Shown: positions 40,040 through 50,273, numbered from the stretch's first letter. The stretch: 64,000 bases of DNA from Bacteroidota bacterium (GCA_003389385.1 QQVM01000017.1:10443-74442); one strand, 5' to 3'. A program made the numbers and translations. The notes: generated by a model not told the origin, from the letters alone.

Positions 40040-40738
40040 ATGTCTGTGCAAAATCCTAAAGATGAAATTATCCAGCTCCTTCGGGAAAAGGTAGTGCTTA
40101 AGCAGGATGTACTCGAGGTCATGCACGGAGTGTTTAAGGATCTCAAACTTATTCTGGAAAGCATTCATCAGGAATTGCATACTGAAATCCTGAAACTTAG
40201 GAGGAAAATTGCCGTGGACTACCAGGAGAGAAGTGAATACGAAGCGGTACTGACCATTGCCGACGACACATTGGTTTTTCTTCTGCACACAAACGTTTTC
40301 ACTTTTGAGCAGCATCACGAAATCTGGAAAAACTCCTATGTGCAGCAAAATCCGGGCAATGCTTTTTGCGGGAAGATTTACATTTATAATTTTCTGACAG
40401 ATTCATTTCGATTCAACCGGGGTAATGATGTGGGCTATCTGGTAGGCCGGCTTTTTGTGAACCGGGAGAAACATTTTTTTGTGGAGGGTAAGCGTCAGCT
40501 TGGTGTACTGTTTAATGATTTTCCAAACGAAGTGTTGGACCGGCAGAAACTTAAAAAGATTGTTGAGCATGCCATTCATTACAGCATGGATTTCGATCCT
40601 TACTCACCGCCGTACAATGAAATGAGTCCGGTTTCGGTAAGAGCAATTCTTGAATCTTCACTGCAGGCCAAGATAGCCACCGGCAAGCGCTTAGGATTTC
40701 GTTTTCAGGCAGATAAGAACAAGGTGGAAATGCCCTGA
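40040..40738 (+). CDS. Hypothetical protein
   Basis: 232-aa ORF with no recognisable motif. Confidence 0.4.
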   Translation: MSVQNPKDEIIQLLREKVVLKQDVLEVMHGVFKDLKLILESIHQELHTEILKLRRKIAVDYQERSEYEAVLTIADDTLVFLLHTNVFTFEQHHEIWKNSYVQQNPGNAFCGKIYIYNFLTDSFRFNRGNDVGYLVGRLFVNREKHFFVEGKRQLGVLFNDFPNEVLDRQKLKKIVEHAIHYSMDFDPYSPPYNEMSPVSVRAILESSLQAKIATGKRLGFRFQADKNKVEMP

Positions 40739-40808
40739 ATTGCATAAATTTTTACAAAATGCTTGTGAATTTGAAAAAAAAGTTACCTTTGCGCTCCCTT
40801 GAACAAAT

Positions 40809-40880
40809 GGCCCGTTCGTCTAGGGGTTAGGACACGTCCCTTTCACGGATGAAACGCGGGTTCGATTCCCGCACGGGCTA
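40809..40880 (+). tRNA. tRNA-Glu (TTC)
   Basis: Folded by hand: acceptor GGCCCGT/ACGGGCT, anticodon stem CGTCC/GGATG with loop CTTTCAC, T-arm GCGGG-TTCGATT-CCCGC. Confidence 0.7.
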
Positions 40881-40942
40881 CTTACACAGAGTTAGTGCAT
40901 AGAACGAGTGAACAGGTTTGTCTGTTCACTCGTTTTGTTTTT
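40875..40942 (+). repeat. Left copy of the 68-bp perfect direct repeat (tRNA-Glu 3' end plus terminator)
   Basis: Identical 68 bp (cgggctacttacacagag...cactcgttttgtttt) recur at 43935-44002. Confidence 0.7.
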
Positions 40943-40947
40943 TTACC
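40903..40947 (+). terminator. Rho-independent terminator downstream of tRNA-Glu
   Basis: 12-bp perfect stem acgagtgaacag / ctgttcactcgt, loop gtttgt, followed by ttgttttttt. Confidence 0.6.
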
Positions 40948-41204
40948 AGCTCAAGGAGTGTTAATCTTTGGATTATAAAGTGCAATTCAAAATGCAGGAT
41001 GCAAAAGGTCGATTTATCTTCTATACTATCCCAGATAGATCAGAAAGTATTGATCGTAATTTAAGAAGTTAATTGTAATTATTAAGTTGTCCAGCTTGGG
41101 GAAAGTTAATCTTTCTAGTGTAGGATCTCGCTTTTTTTTGTCTGCATCATTTGCTCAGGTTCGAATACAATTGTATAAATTCCGTTGGTGAAATTCTTTG
41201 GTGA

Positions 41205-42281
41205 AACAGTAAGATTGCTAAAGTCAGGATTGTCTGTAGTCCATATTATCCCGAAGCTAGCGGTGCTTTGCAAGCCGAGCATCCAAATGTAATTGGAGAG
41301 CTTGCAATTACAGAATTAAAAATACGTAAAAAGGGTTATCTTTATGTCTATGTAAACAACAGCAGCGTGAAGCCTGTCTTTTTTGATAACCTCATCATCT
41401 CACATACGAGCAGTAAATTGCTGGAAGAAAATAATTATTATCCTTTTGGGATGTTGTGGAAAGCGCCAATTGGTGATAATAAGTATAAATACAGCGGAAA
41501 GGAAATTCAAACGGAGTTGGATTTATTTACTCAGGATTATGGAGCGAGATATTATGACCCTGCTATTGGAAGGTTTGGGACTGTTGACCCCTTAGCACAC
41601 AAAATGCCAGCTTGGTCGCCTTACTCATTTTGCAACAATAACCCAATCCGCTACATTGATCCTGATGGCCGAGCCCCTTAAGAATATGACGTTGATAAAA
41701 ATACCGGACAGATTAAAGTCGTTAGCGATAAAGGCGGGAACCAAACCGATTACTTCAATATAGGTACAACCAATGAACAAGGAAACTTTGTAACCGATCA
41801 AACAATTTCCACTGAGAGGGGAACAGGTAGTATTAACTCGTTCAGGTTTACAGAGACAAGTCAGTCTACTATCAGCACTTTTGTGATACCACAGGAGGGG
41901 AAAGACGTTACAGGATTTTTCTTAGAGCCAGCAGGCCCAAGCACTACTGTTGCTAATCAAGATCAACGAATACCGGAAGGAACTTATAATATTGAAAATT
42001 ATTCAAGCCAAAAGTATCCGAGTAATTTTAGGATATTTAACAGTGATGTTTCTAATGAGAGGAAAATTTTATTGCATATAGAAAATTTCCCTTCCAATAC
42101 TGAAGGATGTTTACTTTGTGGCGAAACTTTCGGAAAGGATTTTGTTGGAGGACCTCGCATTAATGGGGAAGGCGGAAGTTTTAGAAAGTTCAAAGAGATA
42201 AAAGGCTTCCTTAGCCAAAAGGGGCCAGAAAATGTTAAGTTCAATATCTTCAATGTTATACCTGATAAAGAAAAAAAGTAG
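41205..42281 (+). pseudogene. Orphan RHS-repeat C-terminal core plus toxin domain, with an in-frame TAA at 41679-41681 and no ATG start
   Basis: YD/RHS core end motifs are present (GARYYDPAIGRFGTVDP...IRYIDPDGRAP). The same frame stays open from 41205 to 42281 apart from the single TAA placed right after DPDGRAP. The downstream 200-aa domain contains HIENFPSNTEGCLLCG. Confidence 0.55.
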
Positions 42282-42285
42282 CCCC

Positions 42286-42930
42286 ATGAAATTAATTTCT
42301 ACTTTATTGCTGTTTTGTATGGGATTTACTTCTTGTCACTCTCAAAGCCAAGACATGCAGAATTGCGCAGCTATTAAAGAGCAGGCAAGCGCATTGAATA
42401 AATATGCTCAACAAGCGATTAGTGGCAACGTGGAAAAAAAGACGGAAGCTCTAACACACTTTTTTAAATCATTCCCCAATAATTTTAAAACATTCTATAG
42501 AATTTATGGTAATGACGATAAATCTGCAGATACGTGTTTACTTAAGGTTAGCAATGATTATATGTTATTCACGCTCCTGCCCGAATTAAAAAAAGCTATT
42601 CCCACCAATGAATACTATAAAAAAATGATACAGGTTGGAATCGGTGGGCATTGGGAAGCAGATGAAGTAGCAGCATTGCAGCATCATTTACAAGAGATAG
42701 TACCTGAAAACATAAAGCTTAGCGTTGATCTTCTAAAAGAGTACGAGGAAAAGCAAATAAAATCCTTCTGGCGTTTTTTTTATGATGGCCCTCATCCAGA
42801 CGACCCTGAGATTAAAAAACTATATGGCAGTTTGTATCCTAAAATCTCTCAAATTAATCCGAAGGTATCGGATTCAATGAAACAGGCCTACGATCAATTG
42901 TTAGCGGAAGATGATGGACACGGCCATTAA
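42286..42930 (+). CDS. Lipoprotein, candidate immunity protein
   Basis: Lipoprotein signal MKLISTLLLFCMGFTSC; immediately downstream of the toxin domain, overlapping its end. Confidence 0.4.
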   Translation: MKLISTLLLFCMGFTSCHSQSQDMQNCAAIKEQASALNKYAQQAISGNVEKKTEALTHFFKSFPNNFKTFYRIYGNDDKSADTCLLKVSNDYMLFTLLPELKKAIPTNEYYKKMIQVGIGGHWEADEVAALQHHLQEIVPENIKLSVDLLKEYEEKQIKSFWRFFYDGPHPDDPEIKKLYGSLYPKISQINPKVSDSMKQAYDQLLAEDDGHGH

Positions 42931-42992
42931 AAAAAAATTTTTTAAGCGTTACAAGCCACGATCCAGGGTCTGAAGCAGGCGGTACTGACCAG

Positions 42993-43229
42993 TTGTACAA
43001 AAAATTGATAAAAAATTATACTGTTAGAGAGCTAATCCATAGCCATCCGGATATAAGTACTGGCATTTACGGACCTTCTGGTTTTCTTCCACAAGACGAA
43101 AATGATGGTGATAGACGACTTGCAGAATGGAAAAATACTTATTTTCCAAAAAGCGGAGTAAAATTAAAAGTTTATGCGGTGCCAATAAAGAAATACATTG
43201 AGTACAACCACAATGGAATAGTAAAATAA
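42993..43229 (+). CDS. Possible second orphan toxin-tip fragment (HSHPD-containing)
   Basis: 78-aa ORF with a TTG start and an open frame upstream (..SHDPGSEAGGTDQ..); no confirmed domain. Confidence 0.2.
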   Translation: MYKKLIKNYTVRELIHSHPDISTGIYGPSGFLPQDENDGDRRLAEWKNTYFPKSGVKLKVYAVPIKKYIEYNHNGIVK

Positions 43230-43230
43230 T

Positions 43231-43755
43231 ATGATGTTCAATCGATTAATAATCTGTTTAATTGTCTTCCTGTGGAATTTTTCAGGTTGTAAGGCAAATC
43301 AGGAAAATGAGCTTAATATGCTAACGGTAAAGGATGCACAAATAAATGATGCGCTTAAAGTGCTTGTAAAAGAGGAGTCCGAATACAGAAACCTTGGAAA
43401 AAGTGCCATTATCTTTAAAATTGAAAAGTCAGAAATTGGTTATGAAATACGAATTGGGACATTGTTCAAAGAAAGTCTAAGCTTGTATTTAAGAGAGAAA
43501 AAAGATAAACCGTTTGGATTCTTTAAGTTTGAGAATGTTACGGTTATAGTATTTGGAGAAGAAGATAGGTTGCTCTTTGAAAAGACCAACAATACAAAAA
43601 ATCTTACTTTTCTTGAACCAAAGTCAGAATTGAAAGTTAAAGAAGGGGAAATTCCACCACCTCCCGTAATTTATGAGCCTGTGGTTTGGATTTACACTTA
43701 TGAAAATGGAAAACTCAAACCAACTGAGAAAGGCAGATTTGCACTACTGAAATGA
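43231..43755 (+). CDS. Lipoprotein, second candidate immunity protein
   Basis: Signal with lipobox (LWNFSGC); starts 2 nt after the preceding fragment. Confidence 0.35.
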   Translation: MMFNRLIICLIVFLWNFSGCKANQENELNMLTVKDAQINDALKVLVKEESEYRNLGKSAIIFKIEKSEIGYEIRIGTLFKESLSLYLREKKDKPFGFFKFENVTVIVFGEEDRLLFEKTNNTKNLTFLEPKSELKVKEGEIPPPPVIYEPVVWIYTYENGKLKPTEKGRFALLK

Positions 43756-43934
43756 AATAGAAATCCGGCAAATCAGGTTTTTTAAAATGCCTAAAAATTA
43801 GCATTGCTGTTCAGGAGGTCTTTCTGTAAGCTTCCCTGATAATCAGACAATGATATAGTGTTTAATTCTATATTCTGAATTTTTCTTCAAATTCAACAAT
43901 CTTCAATAAATCTTCGATGAAATAGTTAGATATT

Positions 43935-44002
43935 CGGGGTGTTCGGGCTACTTACACAGAGTTAGTGCATAGAACGAGTGAACAGGTTTGTCTGTTCACT
44001 CG
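43935..44002 (+). repeat. Right copy of the 68-bp perfect direct repeat
   Basis: Same 68 bp as 40875-40942, including a second copy of the terminator hairpin. Confidence 0.7.
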
Positions 44003-44550
44003 TTTTGTTTTCGGCATTGTCATTTTAGCTTATAGCCTATGCGGATGTTTTATCCAAGTGCTTGATCATGATATCTTGTCTTTTCGAAATTACTTCTCAG
44101 TGCGCAATTCAATCAATTTCAAAAATGCAATCAATCCAGAAAGCAAGTTCAGGCATCATCTCATTAAAACTATGTCCTGGTAAATTTCAATTCAGAAAAT
44201 TTACAATATTATCGCCCATATTCTAATCTAAATCACCGAAAAAAGTATTCAAGCTTTTAAGAGAGAATATAAATTTAAAGTATGCATTTATGTTGGCCCA
44301 GTTGAGTATTGGATGAATGTAGCGGCTCAATTTAGTTTCATTTCTATGTGTACATTATTCCACAATTGTGGATAATGATTCCGGTTTTACAGTCAAATAT
44401 TTGCGATTTTTTAATTTAAAAGTTGAAAAATTGAGGTTTTATGGATTTGTTTCCAATTCATTTTTTATGGTATGGTCTTTTCTCTCATGTTGCGAAATGG
44501 TTAAAATATTTCTAAAGCCATATTGATTAAAAAAATGTCTAATCTAAAAA

Positions 44551-45420
44551 ATGAATCTTATGAAAAAGTATCTGATTTTATTTATACCCCTTGCCATGCT
44601 TACTGCTTGCCAGGATTATAAAGCGGAAATTGAAAAACTGAAAAGCGAAAAAGAAATGTTAGTGGAATCTGCTTCCTACCGTGATTCCACCATTAACTCA
44701 TTTCTACAGTCATTTAATGAGATTGAAGCAAACCTGGAAGAAATTAGTCAAAGACAAGCTGATATATCCGACCAATCTGGTCCTGGAGAATTGAAGAAAT
44801 CCCAGGTGGATCGAATTCGTGAGAATATTGCTGCCATCAACACCTTGATGAAAGACAATAAAGATAAGCTCGCACAATTAAGTAAGCAACTTAAATCATC
44901 GAATTTTAAATTGAAAGAGTTGGAGAAAATGTTGGCTTCTTACAATGAGCAATTGGAAGAAAAGAATCAACAACTCGCCTTGGTGAATGAGGAGTTATCT
45001 AAGATGAAGGTGCAAGTTGAAAGTTTGAATACACAGTTAGTTGTACTCAATGATGATAATCTCCTGAAGCAATCTACGATTGAAACGCAGGTGAAAGAAC
45101 TCAATAAAGCCTTTGTTGTAACAGGTACAAGTAAACAACTTGAGGAGCAACAGGTAATTGTGAGGACCGGCGGATTTCTTGGCATTGGCAAAGAGGAGAA
45201 ATTGAATAGTGATATTAATCGTGGTGCATTTAATGCGATTGATATTACTCAAACTAATGTTATTCCTCTTGAAGCGAAGGATGTGGAGTTGCTGACTTAT
45301 CATCCGGAAGACAGCTATGATATAAAATACAATGGGAAAGAAGCTGACGAATTGGTCATCACTGATCCGAAAAAGTTCTGGGAAGGTTCCCGTTATCTCG
45401 TGGTCATGATTGACAAGTAA
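44551..45420 (+). CDS. Coiled-coil lipoprotein (hypothetical)
   Basis: Lipobox PLAMLTAC; long heptad-like Glu/Lys/Leu-rich region. Confidence 0.4.
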   Translation: MNLMKKYLILFIPLAMLTACQDYKAEIEKLKSEKEMLVESASYRDSTINSFLQSFNEIEANLEEISQRQADISDQSGPGELKKSQVDRIRENIAAINTLMKDNKDKLAQLSKQLKSSNFKLKELEKMLASYNEQLEEKNQQLALVNEELSKMKVQVESLNTQLVVLNDDNLLKQSTIETQVKELNKAFVVTGTSKQLEEQQVIVRTGGFLGIGKEEKLNSDINRGAFNAIDITQTNVIPLEAKDVELLTYHPEDSYDIKYNGKEADELVITDPKKFWEGSRYLVVMIDK

Positions 45421-45540
45421 TTAATTATTGTGATTTGCATCATCAGCTCGTTGTGATATAAGGAACATGAAAATCCCGGGTTGATGATGCAAATTATTGA
45501 CAGCTTCAATATCAATTCAAAATTATAAACTGACGAAGTC

Positions 45541-46218
45541 ATGAAATATTCAAAATCTTATATGGGACAACTGTTCAGTATTTTACTGGTTATACTCTTA
45601 GTCTTTCATTCTGCATATTCATTTGCACAACTAAACGGAAGTACCATAGGTATCAAGGCCGGTATGAATGTTATGTCAATAAAGATTAAAGAATTCGATG
45701 AGAAGGAGAACAGGATTGGATACCACTTTGGCGGTTTTTCAAGATTACAACTCACAGAGTCATTTTCTATTCAGCCTGAATTATTATTTTCTAACGCAGC
45801 AACCACGGTGACTTATACAGGCACTATAGGAGGAAATCAGACTTCCGACCGTCTTGCAGTTCGCCTCAATTATGCAGACATACCTGTTATGGCGGCAATA
45901 AATATTACATCAAAGCTTAGCCTCCAGGGAGGATTATATGGTTCATATCTGATTAGTACAAATTCAGATAAGTCATCAACAAACAATACTTCCCAATCCG
46001 AATCAAAACCAGTTAATACATCACAATTTAACCGCGTGGATGCAGGATGGTTGGGAGGAGCTTCATTGGACTTTGGTTCTATGAATTTTGGAGTAAGATA
46101 TCTTAAAAGTTTTAACTCAGTGGGAGACTCAGGTAGTGATTCGATAGGCTTTTTATATAACTTTCCTGATGGACAGCGAGAGGCATGGCAGGTTTATGTA
46201 GGCCTGAAATTCTTCTGA
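45541..46218 (+). CDS. Small outer-membrane beta-barrel protein (porin-family-like)
   Basis: Signal peptide, alternating hydrophobic pattern, ends in an aromatic residue (LKFF). Confidence 0.45.
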   Translation: MKYSKSYMGQLFSILLVILLVFHSAYSFAQLNGSTIGIKAGMNVMSIKIKEFDEKENRIGYHFGGFSRLQLTESFSIQPELLFSNAATTVTYTGTIGGNQTSDRLAVRLNYADIPVMAAINITSKLSLQGGLYGSYLISTNSDKSSTNNTSQSESKPVNTSQFNRVDAGWLGGASLDFGSMNFGVRYLKSFNSVGDSGSDSIGFLYNFPDGQREAWQVYVGLKFF

Positions 46219-46296
46219 TTCCCCTCCAGAAGCCATGTGTCAGCCTCTGACTTTCATTTAAGATGAATGCCTGAATACACCGCAGAAGCAGAAGCA

Positions 46297-48303
46297 TTAC
46301 GCTTCTGTTTCTTTTTTTTGAAGATGTGTTTCAAGGAGTATAATAAATCGGGTCCCATTTTTGCTGCTCTCTGCCTTTATTTCACCTTTGTGAGCTGTTA
46401 TGATATTTTGAACTGCAGCAAGTCCAAGCCCTATTCCTCCTCTCTTACCAGTATTGAAGGGTTCAAATAAATGCTTGAGAATCCCTGGATCAATGCCTGA
46501 GCCATTGTCAGAAATAACAATTTTAATTTTACCATTTTGTTCTGAGCAATTAATTATGATTTTTCCGGTATTTTCTTCCACTGCTTCTATTGCATTCATG
46601 ATGAGATTTAAGATAGCTGTTTGCAATTTTTCCTTGTCAGCAGTAATATGGATTTCTTTTTCAGAATACTCCTGTTCTATGTTCACATTTTTCAACCTGG
46701 CTCTGTCTGAGGCCAGATTAATAGCTTCATTGATTAGATCTTCCAGATTTATTTCTGAAAGTTGAAGCTCTGAAGGTTTTGATGATAGCAGGAGTTCTGA
46801 TACAAGCAGATTAATTCTTGATGAGGCCCTCTCGATGATTTCAATCAGTTTTCTTCCATCATTATCTTCGATTTGAATGCTATCCCGTAATTGATTTACG
46901 GAAAGATTGATGTTGGTCAAGGGGTTCCTTATTTCGTGAGCTATCATTCTTGCAATCCTACCTGTTACGGCCATTTTTTCTGCGATCAATAATTCCTGGC
47001 TGGCTTTTTTTCGATCACTTATATCGCTGATGGTTAATGCCACACCATTTTCCAGCGGCACACAAACAATCATGAACCAAAGTGAGAAATCTTCAGAATA
47101 TAATTCGCGCAGTTGATGTTCTCCGCTTTCAGTGGCCTGCTTTAACAAGGGCAGAAGTTCTTCATACAATTTATGTGGTATGATGTTGGAAAATAATTCA
47201 CCAGAATAATTTTTATAGTTTAACTTTAAATTCCTCAGTGAGGCCGGATTCATTGCTTTAATCAGAAATCCTGGACTCAGATTCTGATCCATATGAATTT
47301 TTTCAAGAGCAAAAATGGCGTCAGGGGAGCTGTTCATCACTCCCTGTAAGGTGAGTTCAGTTTCTTTTCTCTCTCGAAATTCTTTTAGGAGTAATTCATT
47401 GGTGAATATCTCATTTCGGTGACTTTCAACGTAGTTAAAACAAAGTCCTGTAAAAGGTATAAAAAACGAAAATGCCATCATCAGATGTGATATGTTGAAG
47501 CTGTTGTCGTACAGTTCAGTGCTTCCAAACATCATGTACAGTTGAGATACAAGAGCTGGAATCATACTGAGATAGATTGATTTTGAAAAAATAGATGGAA
47601 ACCTTTTATGAAATTTCGGAATAATAAGCACTGTCAGAAAAATATACATACATAAGGGAATCAAATCCTCTCTTCGCGCAATATTTCGAAAAGGATGAGC
47701 AAGATTGGCAGTAGAAGATCTTTCTGTAATTATTAATAGACTCATAATGGTTAAAATCAAAAAGAGAATTGTTGAATAGCTTATAATTCTGTGATCTCTT
47801 ATTTTTTCCTGAATAATCTGCCCCGAAAATTTCAATAAAAAGATTCCCATTCCAATACTGATGATGCCAGCATGAAATACACGACTTGTTAACCACGTGT
47901 ATGATGTGAAGTAATATTGCTGTCCAGGAAGATTGATCACGTGAGTCGAAAAAAGCAGATGTGCCGCGAGCAATAATCCGGAACAAAATAAAGCGATAGA
48001 CATAACAGGAGTGCTTACAGATCGTGTTATGCTATAATCAATAAATCCCAGCAATGCCGTTAAGCAGGCTATGGTAATTGTGGTTGAAACAAAGATCAGG
48101 TGGATGTATTTTCCGATAAAGATTTGCCTTATGTCTTCATTTTGCTCAATCTGTAGAATCCACTTAATGGTAAAAGAGTCGAGGCGGTAATCAACAAACC
48201 CGAAATAAAATCCGGCAATATTAATAAGTAGTGGTAAGAGACATATTAAGATGATAATCCAAAAAAATTTATCGGCTTGAAATAACTTTCTTTTAGAATC
48301 CAT
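46297..48303 (-). CDS. Sensor histidine kinase with a multi-TM N-terminal sensor, PAS-like linker, HisKA and HATPase_c
   Basis: About 8 predicted TM helices; H-box RMIAHEIRNPL; N-, G1- and G2-boxes in the C-terminal part (DNGSGI..GGIGLGL). Confidence 0.7.
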   Translation of the reverse strand: MDSKRKLFQADKFFWIIILICLLPLLINIAGFYFGFVDYRLDSFTIKWILQIEQNEDIRQIFIGKYIHLIFVSTTITIACLTALLGFIDYSITRSVSTPVMSIALFCSGLLLAAHLLFSTHVINLPGQQYYFTSYTWLTSRVFHAGIISIGMGIFLLKFSGQIIQEKIRDHRIISYSTILFLILTIMSLLIITERSSTANLAHPFRNIARREDLIPLCMYIFLTVLIIPKFHKRFPSIFSKSIYLSMIPALVSQLYMMFGSTELYDNSFNISHLMMAFSFFIPFTGLCFNYVESHRNEIFTNELLLKEFRERKETELTLQGVMNSSPDAIFALEKIHMDQNLSPGFLIKAMNPASLRNLKLNYKNYSGELFSNIIPHKLYEELLPLLKQATESGEHQLRELYSEDFSLWFMIVCVPLENGVALTISDISDRKKASQELLIAEKMAVTGRIARMIAHEIRNPLTNINLSVNQLRDSIQIEDNDGRKLIEIIERASSRINLLVSELLLSSKPSELQLSEINLEDLINEAINLASDRARLKNVNIEQEYSEKEIHITADKEKLQTAILNLIMNAIEAVEENTGKIIINCSEQNGKIKIVISDNGSGIDPGILKHLFEPFNTGKRGGIGLGLAAVQNIITAHKGEIKAESSKNGTRFIILLETHLQKKETEA

Positions 48304-48326
48304 AAAAAGAAGTTCAATTTAATAAT

Positions 48327-49745
48327 CTAATTAAATCCTTCAATTTGTTCGTCCTGGATATCGAATTGATTTAATTTATTGTATAAAGTTTTTCGATCTA
48401 TGTTTAAAATCCTTGCTGCTTCAGACTTATTGTTTTTGGTCATTTTCAGAGTTTTTATAATCAGTTCATATTCTGCTTCCTGCGCAGCATCTTTTAAGTA
48501 TAAATTTTTTACTGATTTACTATTCACACTGAAATTGCTAAAGTTGAACTTTTCAGCATTAGAAATTTCATTCGGTAATGTTTTAGACAATAAAATATTG
48601 CCGTCAGTAAGAAGTACGCTTCGCTTGATTACATTTTTAAGTTCTCGAATATTTCCCGGCCAGGCATATTTTTTCAGACATTCGATATAATCTGCGTCAA
48701 TTTCCTTAATCTCTTTTTTTAGTTCTATATTTGCTTCATTCAGGAAATGTCTGGTAAAAATCATGATGTCATCACCTCTTTCTCTGAGAGGAGGGAGATA
48801 GAAGCTGAATTCATTAAACCGGTGGAATAAGTCTTCTCGAAATTTTCCCTGATGATATGCAGTGGTAAGATCTTCATTTGAAGCGACAAGAATTCTCACG
48901 TCGACGGGAATTTCAATATTTGAACCAAGCTTCCGAATTTTTCTTTCCTGCACAGCCCTCAGGAGTGAAACCTGAACTTCATATGATAAGTTTGCGACCT
49001 CGTCCAGGAAGAGTGTTCCGCCATTTGCCAATTCTATAAGCCCGGTTTTAGCTTGCAGAGCTCCAGTAAAGGCGCCTTTTTCATGGCCGTATAATTCACT
49101 TCCAGCCAGTTCACGTGAAATAGCTCCACAATCCAGGGCAACAAATGGTTTTGTGTTTCTATCGCTTAGATTATGAATTCGGTTTGCAACAGCTTCTTTT
49201 CCGGAACCGCTTTCTCCATAAATAATGACACTCATATTTGTAGGAGCAACCAGTTTGATTTGCTTTTCAATTTCCTGAGCCTGTTTACAGAAACCTATGA
49301 TATAATTATCCTGCTGCTTTGAAGTGCTCTTTTCACTCGGCATTTTTATATCGGCATCCGTTTCTTTATGAAGAGCTTTGCCTATAATGTGTAAAATTTC
49401 ATCCGGTATTAAAGGTTTGGAAATGTAATCAAATGCACCTGTCTTTATTACCTTCACGGCTGTACGTATATCAGAATAGCCTGTGATTATTATCACCGGG
49501 ATTTCAGAATTTATATTTCTAATCTCTTGCAGCATATCAAGGCCATCATAGTCTCCAAGTCTAAAATCACAGAGGATAAGGTCCGGCTTTGTGTTGCCGA
49601 GTATTTTTATTGCAGCCTTACCTGAAAGGGCAGTGAAAATCTCGAATCCACTTCGCTGGAGGAATGATTCCAACAGTGTGCAAATGTCCGGATCATCATC
49701 GATAATCAGAATTTTTCCAGACTTAGCTTTATTTTTAGTATTCAT
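48327..49745 (-). CDS. Sigma-54-dependent response regulator (NtrC family)
   Basis: Receiver domain (DDDPD..D), AAA+ GESGSGKE Walker A, GAFTGA sigma-54 contact motif, C-terminal HTH. Confidence 0.8.
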   Translation of the reverse strand: MNTKNKAKSGKILIIDDDPDICTLLESFLQRSGFEIFTALSGKAAIKILGNTKPDLILCDFRLGDYDGLDMLQEIRNINSEIPVIIITGYSDIRTAVKVIKTGAFDYISKPLIPDEILHIIGKALHKETDADIKMPSEKSTSKQQDNYIIGFCKQAQEIEKQIKLVAPTNMSVIIYGESGSGKEAVANRIHNLSDRNTKPFVALDCGAISRELAGSELYGHEKGAFTGALQAKTGLIELANGGTLFLDEVANLSYEVQVSLLRAVQERKIRKLGSNIEIPVDVRILVASNEDLTTAYHQGKFREDLFHRFNEFSFYLPPLRERGDDIMIFTRHFLNEANIELKKEIKEIDADYIECLKKYAWPGNIRELKNVIKRSVLLTDGNILLSKTLPNEISNAEKFNFSNFSVNSKSVKNLYLKDAAQEAEYELIIKTLKMTKNNKSEAARILNIDRKTLYNKLNQFDIQDEQIEGFN

Positions 49746-49749
49746 GTTA

Positions 49750-50133
49750 TTAAATTGATTTATCTTTTAATGATGAAATCAATTGGTTTAAATGTAACAG
49801 ATCTATAGGCTTACTTATGAATCCCGAGGCGCCGGAATTTATAGCAATTCTTTCTTCAATGGAAGTGGCGTGTGCGCTCATGACTATAAAATCACTTGAA
49901 GGTGAAATGCTTTTAAACTCTTCAAGTTTCTGAAGCCCGGAGCCATCCGGTAAATTAATATCAAGCAATATTATATCGGAAGAATTCGCATATAGCATTT
50001 TCTGTCCCTCTTTCAGATTGTACGCTGTAGCAGTTATAAATCCCATTTTTTCAAGAAAGCCCGACAGTAACCAGCAAATGTCAGGTTCGTCATCTAATAT
50101 TAATACACTCTTTTTTTTAATTATACCCTCCAT
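49750..50133 (-). CDS. Single-domain response regulator receiver
   Basis: 127-aa CheY-like protein (LILDDEPD...DINLPDGSG...K). Confidence 0.65.
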   Translation of the reverse strand: MEGIIKKKSVLILDDEPDICWLLSGFLEKMGFITATAYNLKEGQKMLYANSSDIILLDINLPDGSGLQKLEEFKSISPSSDFIVMSAHATSIEERIAINSGASGFISKPIDLLHLNQLISSLKDKSI

Positions 50134-50273
50134 AAGTATATCTATAAATTTAAGATTATTTTGTTAATTCAATGAGTTATCATGTATAAAAAAATACTCC
50201 TGGTCCAAACCACCGGGAGTATTCAGTAAAACAAGAAAGGAATGGATTAATAGAAATTGAGAGAGTTTCATTT

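Larger units (their letters stand above)
40943..43934 (+). mobile_element. About 3-kb inserted island carrying an orphan RHS-tip toxin / immunity cassette, bounded by 68-bp direct repeats at tRNA-Glu
   Basis: Flanked by perfect direct repeats that overlap the tRNA 3' end. It contains an RHS C-terminal core fragment plus lipoprotein genes and has no integrase. Confidence 0.45.

Noticed and set aside
43965-44183. 72-aa ORF that starts inside the right 68-bp direct repeat
   Set aside because: It begins within the duplicated terminator sequence, has a Cys-rich atypical composition and no RBS context, and is probably non-coding.
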